Assembly: GCA_020536535.1 (NCBI GenBank)
Contig: JAHLWZ010000277.1
Span: forward strand, 1 to 64,000
Direction of reading: 5' to 3'
DNA: 64,000 bases
DNA from: Pelomyxa schiedti
Lineage: Eukaryota; Protista; Evosea
The notes below the pieces were generated by a model. That model was not told the DNA's origin and searched no databases. It worked only from the letters and a program-made list of their open reading frames with translations. Positions 60,259-64,000 of the stretch are shown here, in pieces. A program made the position numbers and the translations under genes. The number at the start of each line of letters is the position of its first letter. Position 1 is the first letter of the stretch.

Positions 60259-62903
60259 ATGGCTGCGATACCGGTTATCGATCCTGCTCAAATCGTTGCG
60301 GTATGACGTACACCACGTGGATGAAGGTTAGTACTAACAAGCAAAGGCGAGGGTTGTTGAAATGCATCTTTTTGCCTCTGCCGAGGACCAGCGGCAGTCT
60401 CTCGGCAAAAGAAGGCCATCACACGAAGATAGCAGCGCAACGAGGGGCGCGGCGCACCAAGCGGCCGGCACGTCACGCAAGAGGGCTTACCAGCAGCTTC
60501 CGCGCCATTTGAGGAGGCGTGCAATGTCAGACAACGTGTACAGAATCCCATCTCGATTGAGGCCTCAGGCCAGAATCGAGGCCATGAAGTGCAATGTCAA
60601 CGCTGGTTTGTGGTTTTTTTTTTATTTATTGAAATGCATTTACTTCGGACAGGCGACAAGAAGAAAAAGAAAAATAAGTTTCTTGTTCGCAGTTTCAATA
60701 GGAGGCCACTTAAAGTGCTAAGAAATAATCAGTTCAGGCAGAGGAAAGTAAAGTGGTTGCCAACTCATGTTTGTGTACCTTCCCATTGTTCTTGTGTTCA
60801 TCCTCTGCCAAGATATGGCATGCAAAGCGGTTCCATATGACGACATTATGGGAATATAAACTGGTTTGAGGCTAAATACTCCGTGTATTTTTGTTGTAAT
60901 ACGCCTAGGCTTTCTGCAGGTGCGATAAAGGTCTCCGAGCTTCCTTCAACCGTTGCAAGAACAAAAGTGTTGTATATGACGCCTCATATTATTCATGTGT
61001 GACGGACACTGTTTTACTGTAACTTAGTTCCTGCAATTAGTTTTGCAAATTGATGGGCCCGTCTCAGCACTTACAGCCTTACTCTCTGCCATACTGCCAC
61101 GCGATAGGGCTCCGCCAAAATGGTACCTAGTGGAAGCCATTTTGGGTGTGTGGGTGGTTTTTGTGTATACAACAAGGCATTTCATTCTCTTACCTTCTTT
61201 CCCACAAAGTGATGGAGGAACAGCTGTAGAATATGTTATTTACAAGCCAAACTGTTTTCCTGGTGGGGCCCTTGGGCCAGTCACTCTTCTATGGATCGAC
61301 GACAAAGATACAACAATGTCAGACGCAACCACTAGATCCCTGCTTTTATTTTTGCATCCCGCCTTGGCAAAAGAAACATGTGACGAACTGAGAAAATTCG
61401 CGACAGCTTCTTTTCAATCAACATGTACCTTGAGTTTCACATTCTACCCTGTAACAATATTTTCTAGTGTCATTACATATGAAAAAGTTCCTGCAATATG
61501 AACTCCGAGGACCTAGGTGCATACCGGCACTTCAAGCCGTCTTAAAGCCTTCTCCAAAATGTAAATCAACTATTAGTTCTCCATGTTATTCCCACAATAA
61601 ACTTAGGCAATCCTCAAGCAGCAGAGGTCCCAATTTTTGATTTACCTTGTCGTTCCTTTAGCTGACACAATTAGCTGTGGACACGGCTCGGAAGCCACTC
61701 GAAAATAACCAGTATTCCGCCTGGTTGCGTTTTGGCTCTTGATGTTTTACCTCAGCCACGGAGTCCTCCTAAGTGTACAAACAAAGATGCTTTTACTCTT
61801 TTCACTGGCGACTTCCAGTGGCCAGCTTCTTCTGGGTGTGCCCTATGCATTTACATGGAAACAGATTTTTTGATATTTCATTTTGGATACTTTAAAGTAC
61901 ATGGCTTTCGAATATGTGGACATCCAATGGGACCTACGACAGAGACGACTCAATTCCCGTTGTGCTCATACACAGAGAATCACACAAATGGCCTGTACCC
62001 AAAAACCAACTCCCAACAAACGAGGACCTTGACGAAGGGTGGGATTTATTGGTCCCTTTTATGAGCAAGCCTGAAAGGAGTCTTCCTCTTTGGATGCATA
62101 TTGTCTTTGCTGGTGCTCATCCAATTGGTAAGCCTTGACTCTTCTGCTTCCCAAGTTGACCCGAGAGAGGTCTTCGAGAAAGAAATTGGCTCAAGTTTGA
62201 ATCAGGAGCTCTTGTTTTCCCTCAGGATTACCCAGACACGAATGCAAGTTTCGAATTTTCTATCCAAGAAAAGAAGTCCCTAACCATTGAGTGGGAGAAA
62301 AAGCCACCTGGTTTGTAGGTACTCTCTTGAGACTGTCTAATGTATCATCAGCAAAGCGACCTAATTATGCCAAACTTCACACCCCCTCTCCGTTTACCCC
62401 AAGCTGGCAATTGTGTGTCAAAGTACCACCAATAGTGCTACGGCAATTACCGGGAATGAGCTTACCGACTCAGACACTCATCTGTGCCCGCTTACTTGTG
62501 CATAGAAGCAAACCTTGCCGAAGTGCCATGATATGTGAACCTCTAGAAACGGATTTGAAGACACTGGCCTGGGAGTCGGTTACAAACAACAAAGTACAAA
62601 AATGGCACACAGGAGGAACTTGCAACTGTCAAAGTGTGTACAGTGTCCCTAACTAACAAGTGTCACTAACGCACTGCAGAGGTACACAGGCGGATCATTG
62701 GCTTTGTTACCTCTGGTGAGTTTTCATTTGTTTCAGGCTGTGGCGCAGTGACTGCCTTCGTCAGTGCCGAGCCACTTTTGCCTTTCCTAACAAACACCAC
62801 TACACGCCCACTCCTCGTCCGAAATCCAGGTTCTGTTCATTACCAAGCAGCAATTGCGTTCTTTGACATCCAACAACCAACACCACAAACAAACAGAACC
62901 TGA
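60259..62903 (+). CDS. POP1: RNase P/MRP subunit POP1
   Basis: QQLPRHLRRRAMS, WLPTHIWHAKRFHM, DASYY, GWDLLVP, DYPDT, AKRPNYAKL..PSPF, GFVTSG. Confidence 0.95.
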
Positions 62904-62976
62904 ACCACAGTTCCCCTTTCAAACCAATAAACAAAATTTTTTTTTTCGGTTACCCGAAATCAGAGTACAACGAGTT

Positions 62977-64000
62977 TTAATGCACATCTACCATGTCATC
63001 GTCGCCCAGCCAGCAATGTGAGTTGTGGTCAATTACATCCAGGTAGACAGGCACAATTGCCCACCAAGACACTGGCCGTAGCATTCTGCTAGTAGTAGTC
63101 ACTACTACTGGTTGCAGTTGTTGTGGTTGTTGTTCCGAGTCGCGGTAATGGTGACTACTGCGTGGGCATGGGGGCGAAGGCAGGATGAGGTCACCACGGG
63201 ACGGGCTTGTTGTTGTGGGTGTGCCTGTTGCGGCTGACAACGGCGAGGAGGAGGAGGATATGGTGTAGGAGGGTGTGCTGTTGTTGTTGATGATACTGCG
63301 TTGGTTGATGGTAATGGTGGCCGGGGTCATTGGCATAGGTGGGATTACAACAGGGCGCCGCTTAACGTGGCTGGATGGTTCCACTTTAATGCGCTTGTTC
63401 TTGGGTGCCTTGAGGCGCATGTTGCTTGCTTGTTTATTGGTTCACCCGGGTTAGCGACTAAAGTCACTGGGGTTTCGCTTTTAAATTTATGTTGCGTTTC
63501 GTTGGTAGCTGAACTTCAACGGAACGGCAATTCTCGAAACTGGGCCCAATTTCCTGTGATCAAGTGGCTTTGGTATTTGATACAGTTGCTTTGCCCACAC
63601 ACCACGCAATGCGCTCATTAACCTTTAGTTGTGCCAAAACCTCTCACAGGTATAAGTTTATGAAGTCTAGTGTAACTTTTTTATACAATAAATAGATATG
63701 GTTATGAGTGCCAATGCTGCAGCCAAGTTGTTTGGAATCAGAGCTTGGTTGTTGTTTGGAGAAGGCCTTGGCGTATACAGCGAAGGTGATTGTCAGATTC
63801 CTGGGAGGTGTTTGTGCAAATGGATTCTCGTGGTGTTGCTAGGTTCAGGTGTTTTATGAGTAAGAGCATGGGGTCTTTGATTGGAATTTGAAGTTGGGCG
63901 GAAAACTGTGGTGGTTCGGAGGCAGTATGCCTATTCTGGTGCCTACCTATGGGATCAGTGGAAATACTCCGCGAGGGAGGGCGGCCCATCTCAGGAGCCG
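62977..64000 (-). CDS. Possible 3' end of a low-complexity hypothetical gene (starts outside window)
   Basis: S/T/P/Q-rich ORF 62977-63420 and an upstream ORF 63738-63989; no recognisable domain. Confidence 0.4.

Overview
Gene-dense, intron-rich eukaryotic DNA with short GT-AG introns, microexons, very short intergenic spacers and one 100-N scaffold gap at 6882-6981. PFOR, a cAMP-receptor-like GPCR and actin/Rho regulators suggest an anaerobic amoebozoan such as an archamoeba; this is inference. Recognisable genes: PA200/Blm10, ACAP-type ArfGAP, BCAS2/SPF27, LIN9/ALY, POP1, PFOR, CutA, Rab GTPases, a GH27 alpha-galactosidase and a RhoGEF-RhoGAP. Most unusual: (1) 22.6-26.5 kb, where a 7TM receptor, a non-prenylated Rab, an aldos-2-ulose-dehydratase-type cupin and CutA can be joined in frame by plausible introns; the Rab-cupin join is the best supported. 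(2) A degenerate DEAH helicase-RING-5xIBR-ADP-ribosyltransferase-WWE fusion lacking the RBR catalytic RING2. (3) Two long near-perfect hairpins in a gene-poor, transposon-scarred interval. (4) Immunity-like genes: an RBCC-NHL (TRIM-like) protein, an IFI44-like GTPase and a macrodomain-like protein. All exon structures were inferred by eye and need RNA evidence.
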